Source: Rhodothermales bacterium
GTDB taxonomy: Bacteria > Bacteroidota > Rhodothermia > Rhodothermales > VXPQ01
Assembly (NCBI GenBank): GCA_022821845.1
Contig: JAJECT010000019.1
Coordinates: 65,814-129,813, forward strand
Direction: 5' to 3'
Length of the DNA stretch: 64,000 bases
Below the pieces are notes generated by a model, which was not told the origin of the DNA, made no database searches, and saw only the letters and a program-made list of their open reading frames with translations. A program made the position numbers and the translations under genes. Positions 46,008 through 56,121 of the stretch are shown here, one piece after another. Each line of letters opens with the position of its first letter. The stretch's first letter is position 1.

Positions 46008-47591
46008 TCACACATCCACCCTGCACACGTCCTCTACGCCGTCCAGCGACGAAATCTCCGCGACGACCGCCGCCGGAACTGCTTCGTCCACGGTAACCGC
46101 CGTCAGGGCCATTTCCCCCTTGCCGGCCCGCCCCAGCGCCAGCGCGCCTATATTAATGTCGTTGCGGGCCAGAATCCCCCCTACCGCCGCCAGCATGCCG
46201 GGCCGGTCCGCATTCTTGTACACGATCATGTGGCCTTCCGGCTTGATTTCCAGCCAGTAATTGTCGATCCGCACCAGGCGCGGCTCGTCCCGGTCGAACA
46301 CCGTGCCCGCCACCGTGCGAACGCCGTCGTCCGTCTTCAGTCCAATCTGCAATAAATTCATGTATCCGCCGGGCACCGTATCCCGCGCTTCCGTTACGCG
46401 TATGCCCATGTCCTCCGCAAGAAACGGCGCATTGATCAGGTTCACCGGCTCCGTAACCCATTTCGACAGGACGCCGCGCACGGCGGCCACGGTCAACACT
46501 TCGGAATACCGGCGCGGAACCTCCCCCCGGCACCCTACGGTAATGCCGCGAATGCGCCCGCCTCCCAACTGACCAACCAACTGTCCAAGGCGGTCCGACA
46601 AACTCAAATAGGGCTGCGCATCCGGCTGCGCCGCCATCTTGATGGCCAGCGCGTTCACCGGCGTCTGCACCGCCTCGCCGCATAGCGCGCGAATGACCTG
46701 CTCGGTAATCTGCACGGCCACCTTCTCCTGGGCCTCTTCCGTCGAGGCCGCGATATGGGGCGTAGCGATCACCTTCGGATGCCGGAGCAACGCGCGCAGT
46801 TCGGCGGGCGGCGGCTCCGCGGAATACACGTCCAGCGCCACGCCCCCCACCTGGCCGCTATCCAGCGCGGCAAGCAGGTCCTGTTCCTCGACGATGCCGC
46901 CCCGGGCGCAATTCACGATGCAAACCCCCTTGCGGCACTGCGCAAGCGTTTCCTGGCGCAGCAGGCCGCGCGTGGCGTCGTTCAGGGGCGTATGCACGGT
47001 AATGAAATCGCTCTGGGCAAGGAGTTCGTCCATGCTCGCCAGCCGCACGCCGATGCGTTCGGCGGCCTCCCGCGACAACACCGGGTCGTACCCGACGAGG
47101 TTCATTCCGAACCCGGCCATCCGCGCGGCCACTTCCCGTCCGATCTTGCCCAACCCCACGACGCCAAGCGTTTTCTCGTAGACTTCGGACCCGGTGAACG
47201 CCTTGCGCTCCCATTTGCCCTCCGCCACGGAGCGGTTCGCCTGCGGTACGCGGCGGGCCATGGAAAGCAGCAGGGCGCAGGTGTGCTCGGCGGTCGAAAT
47301 CGTATTGCCGGACGGCGCATTGATCACCAGAACGCCCCGGCGGGTGGCCGCGGCGAGGTCGATATTGTCCACGCCGACCCCGGCGCGTCCTATGACCTGA
47401 AGTTTCCCGCTCGCCTCGATCAGGTCGGCCGTAATCGTAGTGCCGCTGCGAATGATCCAGCCGTCCGCCTCCGCGGCGAGTTCCCGCAACGCGTCCCCGG
47501 ATTGCTTGAGCCGAACGACGGGCGTAATCCCGCGGGCCTCGAGCATGTCGATGCAGATCGGATCGACCGCATCGGTAATGAGCACCTTCAT
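46008..47591 (-). CDS. serA: D-3-phosphoglycerate dehydrogenase (long form with ASB and ACT domains)
   Basis: MKVLITDAVDPICIDMLEARG..., GRAGVGVDNIDLAAATRRGVLVINAP, VVGLGKIGREVA, C-terminal ACT-like DRPGMLAAVGGILARNDINI. Confidence 0.92.
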   Translation of the reverse strand: MKVLITDAVDPICIDMLEARGITPVVRLKQSGDALRELAAEADGWIIRSGTTITADLIEASGKLQVIGRAGVGVDNIDLAAATRRGVLVINAPSGNTISTAEHTCALLLSMARRVPQANRSVAEGKWERKAFTGSEVYEKTLGVVGLGKIGREVAARMAGFGMNLVGYDPVLSREAAERIGVRLASMDELLAQSDFITVHTPLNDATRGLLRQETLAQCRKGVCIVNCARGGIVEEQDLLAALDSGQVGGVALDVYSAEPPPAELRALLRHPKVIATPHIAASTEEAQEKVAVQITEQVIRALCGEAVQTPVNALAIKMAAQPDAQPYLSLSDRLGQLVGQLGGGRIRGITVGCRGEVPRRYSEVLTVAAVRGVLSKWVTEPVNLINAPFLAEDMGIRVTEARDTVPGGYMNLLQIGLKTDDGVRTVAGTVFDRDEPRLVRIDNYWLEIKPEGHMIVYKNADRPGMLAAVGGILARNDINIGALALGRAGKGEMALTAVTVDEAVPAAVVAEISSLDGVEDVCRVDV

Positions 47592-47601
47592 CGTGTGTTT
47601 G

Positions 47602-48198
47602 TCATGTATGAATGGTTGCGATCGTCCCGATCCATTCCAGCAAGGCGGACACCCCCCGCTTCGTCTGCGAAGACGTCGAAAAAACCGGGATTTCCAGTCC
47701 AAGCGCCGCAAGCGCCTCGCGTATGCCGCGTTCCGCCTTCGCGCGTTCGTTGCCGGAAAGTTTGTCGCATTTCGTAAGCGCGATAGCGTACGGAGCGTCT
47801 TGTCCGCGCATGAATTCGATAAAACTGCGGTCTATCTCGCCGGGGTCGCGGCGGCTGTCCACGAGATGCACAAGCAGTCGCAAGGGGGCGCGCTCCGTAA
47901 CATAGCGTTCGATGAGCCGGGCCCAGCGCGCGCGCTCCTGTTTCGAGGTCTTCGCATAGCCGAAGCCCGGAAGGTCCACGAAATACAGCCTGCCGTTGAC
48001 CAGGTAATAATTGAATTCCCGGGTTTTGCCGGGCGTTCCGCTCGTCCGGGCCAGCGCCCGCCGCCCCGCCAGCGCGTTCAGCAACGAACTCTTGCCCACG
48101 TTCGAGCGGCCCGCGAACGCCACTTCGGGCAGCCCGTCCGTCGGGAGTCCGCTCCAGGACGCCGCGCCCTTGACGAAAGTGATGTCCCGAATACGCAA
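47602..48198 (-). CDS. engB: Ribosome-biogenesis GTPase YihA/EngB
   Basis: PEVAFAGRSNVGKSSLLNAL, TPGKTREFNYY, FVDLPGFGYAK, LTKCDKL. The start is uncertain: TTG at 48198 ((M)RIRDITF) or TTG at 48228. The rest of track ORF 47602..48828 overlaps sucD out of frame. Confidence 0.82.
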   Translation of the reverse strand: MRIRDITFVKGAASWSGLPTDGLPEVAFAGRSNVGKSSLLNALAGRRALARTSGTPGKTREFNYYLVNGRLYFVDLPGFGYAKTSKQERARWARLIERYVTERAPLRLLVHLVDSRRDPGEIDRSFIEFMRGQDAPYAIALTKCDKLSGNERAKAERGIREALAALGLEIPVFSTSSQTKRGVSALLEWIGTIATIHT

Positions 48199-48233
48199 GG
48201 GCCTCTGCGGATCGATCCCTGATTGCAAGCCTG

Positions 48234-49109
48234 TTACGCGGTCGCCAGTCGCTCCTTCACCGTCTCGCCGATCACCGCCGGGTTCTCGATGACCGTCACG
48301 CCCGCCGCCTGCAACGCGGCGATCTTTTCCTCCGCCGTCCCCTTGCCCCCGGACACGATGGCCCCGGCGTGCCCCATCCGCCGTCCCGGAGGCGCCGTCC
48401 GGCCCGCAATGAATCCGAACACCGGCTTCGTCATATGGTCCCGCGCAAAGGCCGCGGCTTCTTCTTCCGCCGTCCCCCCTATTTCGCCGATCATTACGAC
48501 AGCCTCCGTCTCGCCGTCCGCCTCGAACAGCTGCAACACGTCCACGAAACTCGTCCCCGGCACGGGGTCCCCGCCGATGCCCACCGCCGTGCTCTGGCCA
48601 AGCCCCTGCCGCGTAAGCTGGTCCACGGCTTCGTACGTGAGGGTGCCGGAACGGGACGCCACGCCCACGGAGCCGGGCTTGAAAATCATGGCGGGCATGA
48701 TGCCGACCTTGGCCTCGTCGGGCGTCAGGGCGCCGGGGCAATTCGGCCCGACGAGCCGGACGCCCTTGCGCTGCATGGCGTGATAAACCGGAACCATATC
48801 CCCTGCGGGAATGCCTTCCGTAATGCATACTATTACTTGTATGCCCGCGTCCGCCGCCTCCAGAATGGCGTCCGGGGCGAACGCAGGGGGCACGAAAATC
48901 ACCGACGTATTCGCCCCCTCCTGCGCCACCGCCTCGGCCACCGTGTCGAACACGGGCTTGCCGAGATGTACGCGACCGCCCTTGCCGGGCGTCACGCCAG
49001 CCACCAGCGCAGTGCCGTACGCCAGCATTTGTTCGGAATGAAAAGTGCCCTCGGAACCCGTAAAGCCCTGCACGAGCAAGCGAGTGTTTTTATCGACGAG
49101 AATCGCCAT
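48234..49109 (-). CDS. sucD: Succinate--CoA ligase (ADP-forming) subunit alpha
   Basis: [66 protein letters not shown]. No sucC lies upstream in the window (gatA does), which is worth noting. Confidence 0.93.
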   Translation of the reverse strand: MAILVDKNTRLLVQGFTGSEGTFHSEQMLAYGTALVAGVTPGKGGRVHLGKPVFDTVAEAVAQEGANTSVIFVPPAFAPDAILEAADAGIQVIVCITEGIPAGDMVPVYHAMQRKGVRLVGPNCPGALTPDEAKVGIMPAMIFKPGSVGVASRSGTLTYEAVDQLTRQGLGQSTAVGIGGDPVPGTSFVDVLQLFEADGETEAVVMIGEIGGTAEEEAAAFARDHMTKPVFGFIAGRTAPPGRRMGHAGAIVSGGKGTAEEKIAALQAAGVTVIENPAVIGETVKERLATA

Positions 49110-49223
49110 AACGATCAGAATAAGCGACGAAAAACCGGAACGCGCCCAAGATACGGACTATCCGTACGCAGAACCGGCGAAGATTTGGAAGATTCGCAAG
49201 ATGGCGCGGAGGCCCTCCGCTCC

Positions 49224-50729
49224 CTACCCCTGCAATCGCTCCGCCACGTCCCCGATGCGGAGAATCGTTTCCTCCCCGAAATGCGGCCCCAGAATCTGCA
49301 TGCCTATGGGCAAGCGGGGCGGGGCGGGATGCAGGCCCAGCGGCACGACCAGGCCGGGGACGCCCGCCAGGTTGGCCGATACGGTGTAGACGTCGCCAAG
49401 GTACATCGCCATCGGATCGTCTACCCGGCTGCCAAGGCGGAACGGCGGGGCGGGCGTAGCCGGCGTAACCAGCGCGTCCACCTCTTCGAAAACCGCGTCG
49501 AAATCGTTCCGGATGAGCGTACGCGCCTGTTGTCCTTTCGCATAATAGGCTTCGTAGTAGCCGGAGGACAGGACGTACGCGCCAAGCATGATGCGGCGCT
49601 TCGCTTCGTCCCCGAAGCCTTCCGTGCGGGAAGCCGTGTAGAATTCGCGCAGCATGGACTCCGCGTCCAGGCGTTCTCCCGCGGATTCCCCGTCCGCCCC
49701 GGAAGCCGCTTCGCGCTCGTTGCGCAGGGCGCCGCGAAGTTCGCCCGGCGCCGCCCGGTGGCCATACCGGATGCCATCGTACCGGGCCAGATTGCTGGAG
49801 GCTTCGGCGGTCGTCAGAATGTAGTACGCGGCAATGCCGTATTCCGTGCGAGGCAGGGACACCTCCCGCACGATGGCTCCCTCCCGTTCAAGGCCGCGCA
49901 CGCATTCCTCGATCATGCTCCGTATCCCGTCGTCGAGTCCGTCGGCGAAGTATTCCTTTGGCAATCCGATGCGCACGCCCCGGACGTCCCCCGTCAGCGC
50001 TTGCGCATAATCGGGAACGCGGGCGGACGCGCTGGTGGAATCCCGCTCGTCCCGCCCCGCCATGTGGTTCAGGAGCAGCGCGCAATCCTCCACGGACTGC
50101 CCGATGGGTCCCATGCAATCGAAGGACGACGCGAACGCCACCAGGCCGTTGCGGGATACGCGCCCGTAGGTGGGCTTCAGGCCCGCCACGCCGCAATGCG
50201 CGGCAGGCTGCCGGATGGAGCCGCCCGTATCGGTGCCCAGCGCAGCATGGCACAGGCCGGCGGCGACGGCGGCGGCAGACCCGCCGGAAGAACCGCCCGG
50301 CACATACTCCGCATTCACGGGATTTTGGACCGGCCCGAAATACGACGTCTCGTTGGACGAGCCCATCGCGAACTCGTCGCAATTCGTTTTCCCGATGAAA
50401 ATCGCCCCGGCGGCGCGGAGCCGTTCGATCGCGGTGGCGTCGTACAGCGATTCGAACTGTTCGAGCATGCGGGAGGAGCACGTGACCCGGCGCCCCTTCA
50501 TGCAAATCACGTCCTTGACGGCCAGCGCCAGGCCCTTCAGCGGCAAATCGGCGTCCGGGGATTGGTCCAGGCGGCGGGCCTGCGCAAGGGCGTCCGCTTC
50601 GTCCACCGAAATAAAGGCGTTCAGCGACGGGTTTCGCTCCCGAATGCGCGCCAAAAAGGAAGAGACCAGGGTTTCGCAATCGGTCTCCCCGCGCTGCAAG
50701 GCTTTCCGGGCGTCCGCAAAAGAAGTCAT
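49224..50729 (-). CDS. gatA: Asp-tRNA(Asn)/Glu-tRNA(Gln) amidotransferase subunit A
   Basis: Amidase signature GGSSGGSAAAVAAGLCHAALGTDTGGSIRQPAAHCGVAGLKPTYGRVSRNG. N-terminus: LNAFISV. Confidence 0.93.
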   Translation of the reverse strand: MTSFADARKALQRGETDCETLVSSFLARIRERNPSLNAFISVDEADALAQARRLDQSPDADLPLKGLALAVKDVICMKGRRVTCSSRMLEQFESLYDATAIERLRAAGAIFIGKTNCDEFAMGSSNETSYFGPVQNPVNAEYVPGGSSGGSAAAVAAGLCHAALGTDTGGSIRQPAAHCGVAGLKPTYGRVSRNGLVAFASSFDCMGPIGQSVEDCALLLNHMAGRDERDSTSASARVPDYAQALTGDVRGVRIGLPKEYFADGLDDGIRSMIEECVRGLEREGAIVREVSLPRTEYGIAAYYILTTAEASSNLARYDGIRYGHRAAPGELRGALRNEREAASGADGESAGERLDAESMLREFYTASRTEGFGDEAKRRIMLGAYVLSSGYYEAYYAKGQQARTLIRNDFDAVFEEVDALVTPATPAPPFRLGSRVDDPMAMYLGDVYTVSANLAGVPGLVVPLGLHPAPPRLPIGMQILGPHFGEETILRIGDVAERLQG

Positions 50730-50866
50730 CGGACGAACGAGATTCAGTGCCGACGAAAGAAAAATGGGGGCGGCAGGCGAGCGGCGCTATAGCCAGCGCC
50801 TGTGGAAAACATGCGCGGCGCAGACCCGGCAGGAGGCCGGACCAATCCCGGAGTCGCTTGCGCGGA

Positions 50867-51202
50867 TTATCCGGCGGCGGGCGGAGGAGGGTCGGCGGGC
50901 GCGGCGTCCGGAGCCGGTTGCGCGGCCGGCGGAGCGGCTTGCGCAGGCTGGACCGGTTGCGCCGGTTGCGCGGGCGGCGCCTGGGGTTGCGGGGCGGCCT
51001 GCGCAGGCGGCTGCGGACGATACGATGTATTCCGGTTGTTCGCGTCCACCGTAAGTTCGCGCTGCACGTCCTTCGTAGCGTCCTTGAATTCCCGCAAGCC
51101 CTTGCCAAGGCCGCGGGCAATCTCCGGGATGCGCTTCGCGCCGAACACAAGGAGTACGAGCAAAAGAATCAGGCCTATTTCCATTGGTCCTAACGAACCC
51201 AT
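50867..51202 (-). CDS. tatA: Twin-arginine translocase TatA/E-family protein with a long Pro/Ala/Gln-rich tail
   Basis: [42 protein letters not shown] (TM helix, FG hinge and amphipathic helix), then ...[49 protein letters not shown]. Confidence 0.85.
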   Translation of the reverse strand: MGSLGPMEIGLILLLVLLVFGAKRIPEIARGLGKGLREFKDATKDVQRELTVDANNRNTSYRPQPPAQAAPQPQAPPAQPAQPVQPAQAAPPAAQPAPDAAPADPPPPAAG

Positions 51203-51212
51203 AATCAACCCC

Positions 51213-51491
51213 TTATTGTAATGTGCGTGATCTTGCGAGCGACCTGGCGAACGGCAGGGAAGACAACGTAACGACCAGCATGTCCGCCGCGATGCGCCAG
51301 GGTACGAAAAACCTTTCAGAAAGCCTGTTCGCGGGACCGCCGCCGCACAACGCCCGCATCGAGACGCCCTGTCCCGAAACGATAGCAAAGACAACGGCCA
51401 AAAACATGGCTTTTACCCGTAAACGAAGGGCGGCGGACAGGGTTCCGCCCAAAAAATACGACCCGACAAACCGCAGGACGGACTGGAACAT
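51213..51491 (-). CDS. Possible small hydrophobic protein (92 aa) immediately upstream of tatA. Weakly supported.
   Basis: The ORF ends with TAA 10 nt before the tatA ATG. It has hydrophobic stretches ([28 protein letters not shown]). Third-position G+C looks only moderately biased, and no family is recognised. Confidence 0.3.
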   Translation of the reverse strand: MFQSVLRFVGSYFLGGTLSAALRLRVKAMFLAVVFAIVSGQGVSMRALCGGGPANRLSERFFVPWRIAADMLVVTLSSLPFARSLARSRTLQ

Positions 51492-51553
51492 GCCGCCCCG
51501 CCCCGCTTTTCAGAAAGGTCCGTTTTTCATGGCGATTCGCACCCGTCCGTCTC

Positions 51554-52858
51554 GTGCACATCCGATATGACAAGGCAAGCGACCAGGCTATCGTAACGCC
51601 GTGCAAGCGCGTGGCGGGCACGATCGTTCCGCCGCCGGACAAGTCGATCGCGCAGCGGGCGGCGCTCCTCGCGGCCATCGGCGACGGGACCTCCCGACTG
51701 GTCAACTATCCCTCGTCCGCCGACCCGCTCTCCACGCTGCGCTGCCTCCGGCAACTGGGCGTCCCGATAGAAAAGGACGGCAACGACCTGCTGGTGCGCG
51801 GCAAGGGACTGGACGGGTTCTCCGCGCCCGCCGCCCCGCTCGACTGCGGCAATTCCGGCACGACGATGCGCCTCCTGTCCGGCCTGCTCGCCGGACAGCC
51901 TTTCGATAGCGTCCTTACCGGCGACGCTTCCCTGCGGAGCCGCCCCATGGAGCGGGTGGCCGGGCCGCTGCGGGCCATGGGCGCGAAAATAACCCTGAAC
52001 GACGGCTGCGCCCCCATGCGCATCGCGCGCAGCGAACGGCTGCAGGGCATGGAATACCGCCTCCCGATGCCTTCGGCGCAGGTCAAATCCTGCGTGCTGC
52101 TCGCCGGGCTGCGGGCCCGGGGGCGCACTACCGTGATCGAAACCCTGCCCTCGCGCGACCACACCGAACGCATGTTGAACCTGGCGACGCAGGAAGAAAG
52201 CGGGGCGCGGCGCATTTTCGTTACGGGAAACACGCCCGTCCCGGCCCGCGCCTGGGTGGTGCCAAACGATTTTTCCTCCGCTGCTTTTTTTATGGTCGCC
52301 GCCGCGACCGCCTCGCAAGGCGCCCTCCTCCTGAAGAATGTGGGCCTGAACCCGACCCGTAGCGCGCTCGTTGGGGCGCTGGAGGACATGGGCGCCCGCA
52401 TCTGCATAAGCGACCTCAGGGAATCCGGGGGGGAGCCGGTGGGCGACGTGCACATAACAGCGTCGGCGCTCCGGGGCGCGCGCGTGGACGGAAAGCGCAT
52501 CCCCCTGCTGATCGACGAAATCCCGATCCTTGCCGTGGCGGCTGCGCGGGCGGAAGGGCGCACCGAAATACGGGATGCGCGCGAACTGCGCTTCAAGGAA
52601 ACGGACCGCATCGCCGCCATGGCGGAAAACCTCCGCCGCCTTGGCGCTTCGGTAGAAGAATTCGACGACGGCCTAAGCGTGGACGGACCTGCCGAACTAC
52701 ATGGAAGCAGGGTGTCCAGCCACCATGATCACCGCGTGGCGATGGCCATGGCCGTGGCCGGGCTGATGGCCCGCGGCGAAACGGTCATCGAAGACGCTTC
52801 GTGCGCAGGCGTGTCGTTTCCGAACTATTGGCAAACGCTTGCGTCGGTGGCCTCATGA
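51554..52858 (+). CDS. aroA: 3-phosphoshikimate 1-carboxyvinyltransferase (EPSP synthase)
   Basis: GTG start. PPDKSIAQRAALLAA, LDCGNSGTTMRLLSGLLAGQPF, RPMERV, KETDRIAAM. Its 3' end overlaps the convergent MGMT-family gene by 34 nt. Confidence 0.92.
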   Translation: MHIRYDKASDQAIVTPCKRVAGTIVPPPDKSIAQRAALLAAIGDGTSRLVNYPSSADPLSTLRCLRQLGVPIEKDGNDLLVRGKGLDGFSAPAAPLDCGNSGTTMRLLSGLLAGQPFDSVLTGDASLRSRPMERVAGPLRAMGAKITLNDGCAPMRIARSERLQGMEYRLPMPSAQVKSCVLLAGLRARGRTTVIETLPSRDHTERMLNLATQEESGARRIFVTGNTPVPARAWVVPNDFSSAAFFMVAAATASQGALLLKNVGLNPTRSALVGALEDMGARICISDLRESGGEPVGDVHITASALRGARVDGKRIPLLIDEIPILAVAAARAEGRTEIRDARELRFKETDRIAAMAENLRRLGASVEEFDDGLSVDGPAELHGSRVSSHHDHRVAMAMAVAGLMARGETVIEDASCAGVSFPNYWQTLASVAS

Positions 52859-53199
52859 TCGGTTTCCCCGGACGGATCCCACAAATGCGCCTCCAGCGCC
52901 ACGCATCCCTCTGCGTCGAACGTCACCCCCTCGGCGCGCAAGCGTTCCTCCATGACGTGCGGCCCTTCGAACCGCATCTTGCCGGTGAGGGCGCCGAACC
53001 GGTTCACCACGCGGTGGCAAGGAAGCCCCGTCCCCGCCGCCGCGCCCAGGGCCCAGCCTACCGTGCGGGCGGCGGAACGCGCGCCAAGATGCCCGGCGAT
53101 ATGTCCGTAGGTCGTAACTTTACCGGAAGGAATCCGGGCCACCACGGCCCAGACCCGTTCGAAAAAAGCATCCTCGCTATGATCCCGCGGACTGCGCAT
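52825..53199 (-). CDS. MGMT-family protein (methylated-DNA--protein-cysteine methyltransferase DNA-binding domain, PCHRV motif present)
   Basis: IPSGKVTTYGHIAGHLG...ARTVGWALG...LPCHRVVNRFGALTG. Confidence 0.85.
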   Translation of the reverse strand: MRSPRDHSEDAFFERVWAVVARIPSGKVTTYGHIAGHLGARSAARTVGWALGAAAGTGLPCHRVVNRFGALTGKMRFEGPHVMEERLRAEGVTFDAEGCVALEAHLWDPSGETDHEATDASVCQ

Positions 53200-53297
53200 A
53201 GCCCGTATACCCTGCGCCCGGCATTATGTTGTGGCGGACGGCGCGGCGGTTTTTGCGGCGGCGAAGCGGAAGCGGCCACGGCAAACCGGGCGAAACG

Positions 53298-54350
53298 ATG
53301 ACGCAAGCGCCGCTTTCGACGGATCGGTTCCATGCCGCGCTGGCGCAGGCGCTGGGGGCGGAGCGCCTTGCGAGGCGGGTGGCGCTGGCCCCCTACACGA
53401 CGTTCAAGATCGGCGGCGAAGCGGACCTGTTCTACGAGGCGCGCACGCCGGAGGAGCTTGCGCAAGCGATCCAGACCGCCCGGAACGCCGGCGTTCCGTA
53501 TTTCCTGCTTGGATGCGGCGCGAATATTCTGGTGAGCGACCGGGGCGTCCGCGGACTCGTTATCCGCAACAGGGCGCGCCAGACGGACATCGACGCCGAT
53601 ACGGGCCGGGTGCGGGCGGCCTCTGGAGCCATTATGTACCCGGATGTGATCGAGGCGGCCGTGGAGGCGGGCCTCTCCGGGCTGGAGCATTACGTGGGCA
53701 TTCCGTCCACGGTAGGCGGCGCCCTGTGGCAAAATCTGCATTTCCTGTCGCCGGCGCCGAAGCGGGAACGCACCATGTTCATAGAAGAGGTAGTGGTCGA
53801 GGCCGACCTCCTGACCGAAGAAGGCGAACGGCGGACGGTCGGGACGGACTATTTCGATTTCGGATACGACTATTCGGTGCTGCACGACCGGGACGATATC
53901 GTGCTTTCGGCCACGTTCCGGCTGGAACCGGGGGATCGGGCGCGGATGCGGGAAATCATGGCGGAGAATCTCGCATGGCGCCAGGCGCGCCACCCGCCGC
54001 TCGACACGGAACCCAGCGTAGGCTCCATTTTCAAGAAAATAGAGGGCATCGGGGCGGGGCGTCTTATCGACGAGGCAAGCCTCAAGGGCGCGCGCATCGG
54101 AGGCGTCGAAATCACGCGGCGGCACGCCAACATCATGATCAACCGGGGCGGGGCCAAGGCGACCGACGTCATTGCCCTCATCCGGCGCGTACAGGAAATC
54201 GTGGCGAGCGAGGCGGGCTATCTGCTGGAGACGGAAATCGCTTTCGTGGGCGAGTACGACGAAACGCCGGACGCGCTGCCCTACACCGCGCAAACCTTTC
54301 CAGGGCAATACATAGAACGCGCCGCCGCCCGCCGCCCCGCCCTGCCATGA
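53298..54350 (+). CDS. murB: UDP-N-acetylenolpyruvoylglucosamine reductase
   Basis: Start MTQAPLS (atg at 53298). LAPYTTFKIGGEADLFYEA, YFLLGCGANILVSD, GIPSTVGGALWQN, SVGSIFKK. Confidence 0.9.
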   Translation: MTQAPLSTDRFHAALAQALGAERLARRVALAPYTTFKIGGEADLFYEARTPEELAQAIQTARNAGVPYFLLGCGANILVSDRGVRGLVIRNRARQTDIDADTGRVRAASGAIMYPDVIEAAVEAGLSGLEHYVGIPSTVGGALWQNLHFLSPAPKRERTMFIEEVVVEADLLTEEGERRTVGTDYFDFGYDYSVLHDRDDIVLSATFRLEPGDRARMREIMAENLAWRQARHPPLDTEPSVGSIFKKIEGIGAGRLIDEASLKGARIGGVEITRRHANIMINRGGAKATDVIALIRRVQEIVASEAGYLLETEIAFVGEYDETPDALPYTAQTFPGQYIERAAARRPALP

Positions 54351-55033
54351 AAGAACCATTCGCAAGGTGGTTTGCCGGCGCGTGGGCCGTTTTCGAGAAA
54401 GACCTGCGTCTCGAACTCCGCAATCGCCATGCGGCGGGCATGTTGCTGATGTTCGTCCCCGCCTCGATCCTGCTCATCTTTTTTTCGGCGGGGCAGGAGC
54501 CGCTTTCGCCCCGCATTCAGGCGGGTCTCCTGTGGGTCGTGATTCTTTTTGCGGCGTCCATCGGCCTCGGGAGGTCGTTCGTAAGCGAGACGGACCGGGA
54601 TACGGCGCTCTTTTTGCGCATGCACGCCCGGGCCAGCATGGTGTACGCAGGCAAACTGCTCTTCAATTTCCTCCTGATCCTGGCGCTGGACGTCGTAGCC
54701 GTTCTGACGATGACGCTGTTGCTGCATCTTCAGGTGGCGCACGGGGGGTTGCTCGCCAGCGCAATCCTGCTGGGATCGCTGGGCCTGGCCGGGGCCACCA
54801 CGCTGCTTGCCGCGCTGATCGCACAGGCCGCTACGCGCGGGCCCCTGCTTCCGGTATTGCTTTTCCCCCTGCTCGTCCCGCTACTGCTGTCGGCGGCCAC
54901 GGCCACGCGCCACGCCCTCGCAGGGGGGGACGGGTGGGGCGCCAGCGCGGAATCCCTGACCACGCTGACGGCCTTCGCCGGGGTCGCCATTACCGCCGCC
55001 ACGCTCCTTTTCGATTTCATCTGGAACGATTAA
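54347..55033 (+). CDS. ccmB: Heme exporter protein CcmB
   Basis: MKEPFARWFAGAWAVFEKDLRLELRNRHA..., with six hydrophobic segments. The ATGA overlap with the murB stop was read directly at 54347-54350. Confidence 0.8.
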   Translation: MKEPFARWFAGAWAVFEKDLRLELRNRHAAGMLLMFVPASILLIFFSAGQEPLSPRIQAGLLWVVILFAASIGLGRSFVSETDRDTALFLRMHARASMVYAGKLLFNFLLILALDVVAVLTMTLLLHLQVAHGGLLASAILLGSLGLAGATTLLAALIAQAATRGPLLPVLLFPLLVPLLLSAATATRHALAGGDGWGASAESLTTLTAFAGVAITAATLLFDFIWND

Positions 55034-55124
55034 GCGTACGCTGATCAAGACCACATCGCCCAACGCTTCCTTTTCGCACGCCGCGCCGTATCTTGTAGCC
55101 TGCCAATCATTCCCTTTCCGCTTC

Positions 55125-55820
55125 ATGCCCGTTTCCGGGAAAACATACCGGCGTATCCGCAACATCGTCCTCGCATGGCTGACCCTGGTCGCGCTGGCCG
55201 GATTTCTGCTGGATATTCCCCGCATTAACATTCTGGAGCACACGGCAAGGAATCTGTATTTCCATGTGCCGATGTGGTTTACGATGATGGCTGCGTTCTT
55301 CGTATCGGCGTGGCGTTCGGGTCAGTATCTGGGGTCCCGCGACCCCCTGCGCGACACGCAGGCGCTGGAGGCCGCGCGGGTCGGGGCGGCATTCGGCGTA
55401 CTCGGACTGGCGACGGGCATCGTCTGGGCGCGCTTCACCTGGTACGTAGGGCAAGGAATCTGGTGGAATTTCGATCCCAAGCAAACCATGGCCGCCGTGC
55501 AGCTCTTGATTTACGGCGCCTACTTCACCCTGCGGTCCAGCGTGGAAGAACCTGAAAAGCGGGGGCGCATCGCTGCCGTATACAACCTGTTTGCGGCGGC
55601 CTGCGTACCGTTTCTGCTGTACGCGCTCCCCCGTCAGATGGATAGCCTGCACCCCGGCGCCGAAGGGAACCCGGCCTTCAGCGACATTACCCACCCGACC
55701 ATGCGCGTGGTGTTTTATGCGGCGGTCATCGGGTTCATCGGACTTTTCTGGGTATTTTATACGCAGCGCGTCCGGCTGGCCACCCTCAAAGAACGCGTCG
55801 AAGACGCCTTCAGGACATGA
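55125..55820 (+). CDS. ccmC: Heme exporter / cytochrome c assembly protein CcmC
   Basis: NLYFHVPMWFTMM and a Trp-rich WWD-type motif, WARFTWYVGQGIWWNFDPKQT. Confidence 0.85.
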   Translation: MPVSGKTYRRIRNIVLAWLTLVALAGFLLDIPRINILEHTARNLYFHVPMWFTMMAAFFVSAWRSGQYLGSRDPLRDTQALEAARVGAAFGVLGLATGIVWARFTWYVGQGIWWNFDPKQTMAAVQLLIYGAYFTLRSSVEEPEKRGRIAAVYNLFAAACVPFLLYALPRQMDSLHPGAEGNPAFSDITHPTMRVVFYAAVIGFIGLFWVFYTQRVRLATLKERVEDAFRT

Positions 55821-56080
55821 CGATTCACCCGATTCAGGAAGCGGATACGACGAACGCCGCCCCATACGATACGATCTGGACTTCGCAGGAAGTCCCGGTG
55901 CAACCGCCGGATGCGCTGGAGCGAACCATGCTGGCCCAGGACAAACTCTATGTCGTGCTGGCGGTCGTGCTCATCATCTGGATCGGGCTGGCGGCCTTCG
56001 TCCTTCGGACCGACCGAAAGATCGACCGGCTGGAACGGAAACTGGACGCAAGCATTTCACAGGAAACTTCCCCGGAGTAA
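55817..56080 (+). CDS. ccmD: CcmD-like small membrane protein (alternative CcmD family)
   Basis: ATGA overlap with ccmC. It has a single TM, KLYVVLAVVLIIWIGLAAFVL, followed by RTDRKIDRLERKL. The true start may be the internal MLAQDK. Confidence 0.65.
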   Translation: MTIHPIQEADTTNAAPYDTIWTSQEVPVQPPDALERTMLAQDKLYVVLAVVLIIWIGLAAFVLRTDRKIDRLERKLDASISQETSPE

Positions 56081-56121
56081 ACCGCCGCCGGGATACTCAA
56101 TAGACTACGCCGCTACGACAC

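Noticed and set aside
48369-50792. ORF 48369..50792 (+) 807 aa, and 47602..48828 (-) upstream of the EngB core
   Set aside because: They are antisense or out-of-frame relative to sucD and gatA. Only the C-terminal roughly 198 aa of the 47602..48828 frame show EngB motifs.
51223-51570. Plus-strand ORF of 115 aa in the tatA/aroA intergenic region
   Set aside because: It is a hydrophilic Arg/Pro/Thr-rich sequence with no motifs, overlapping the aroA start out of frame.
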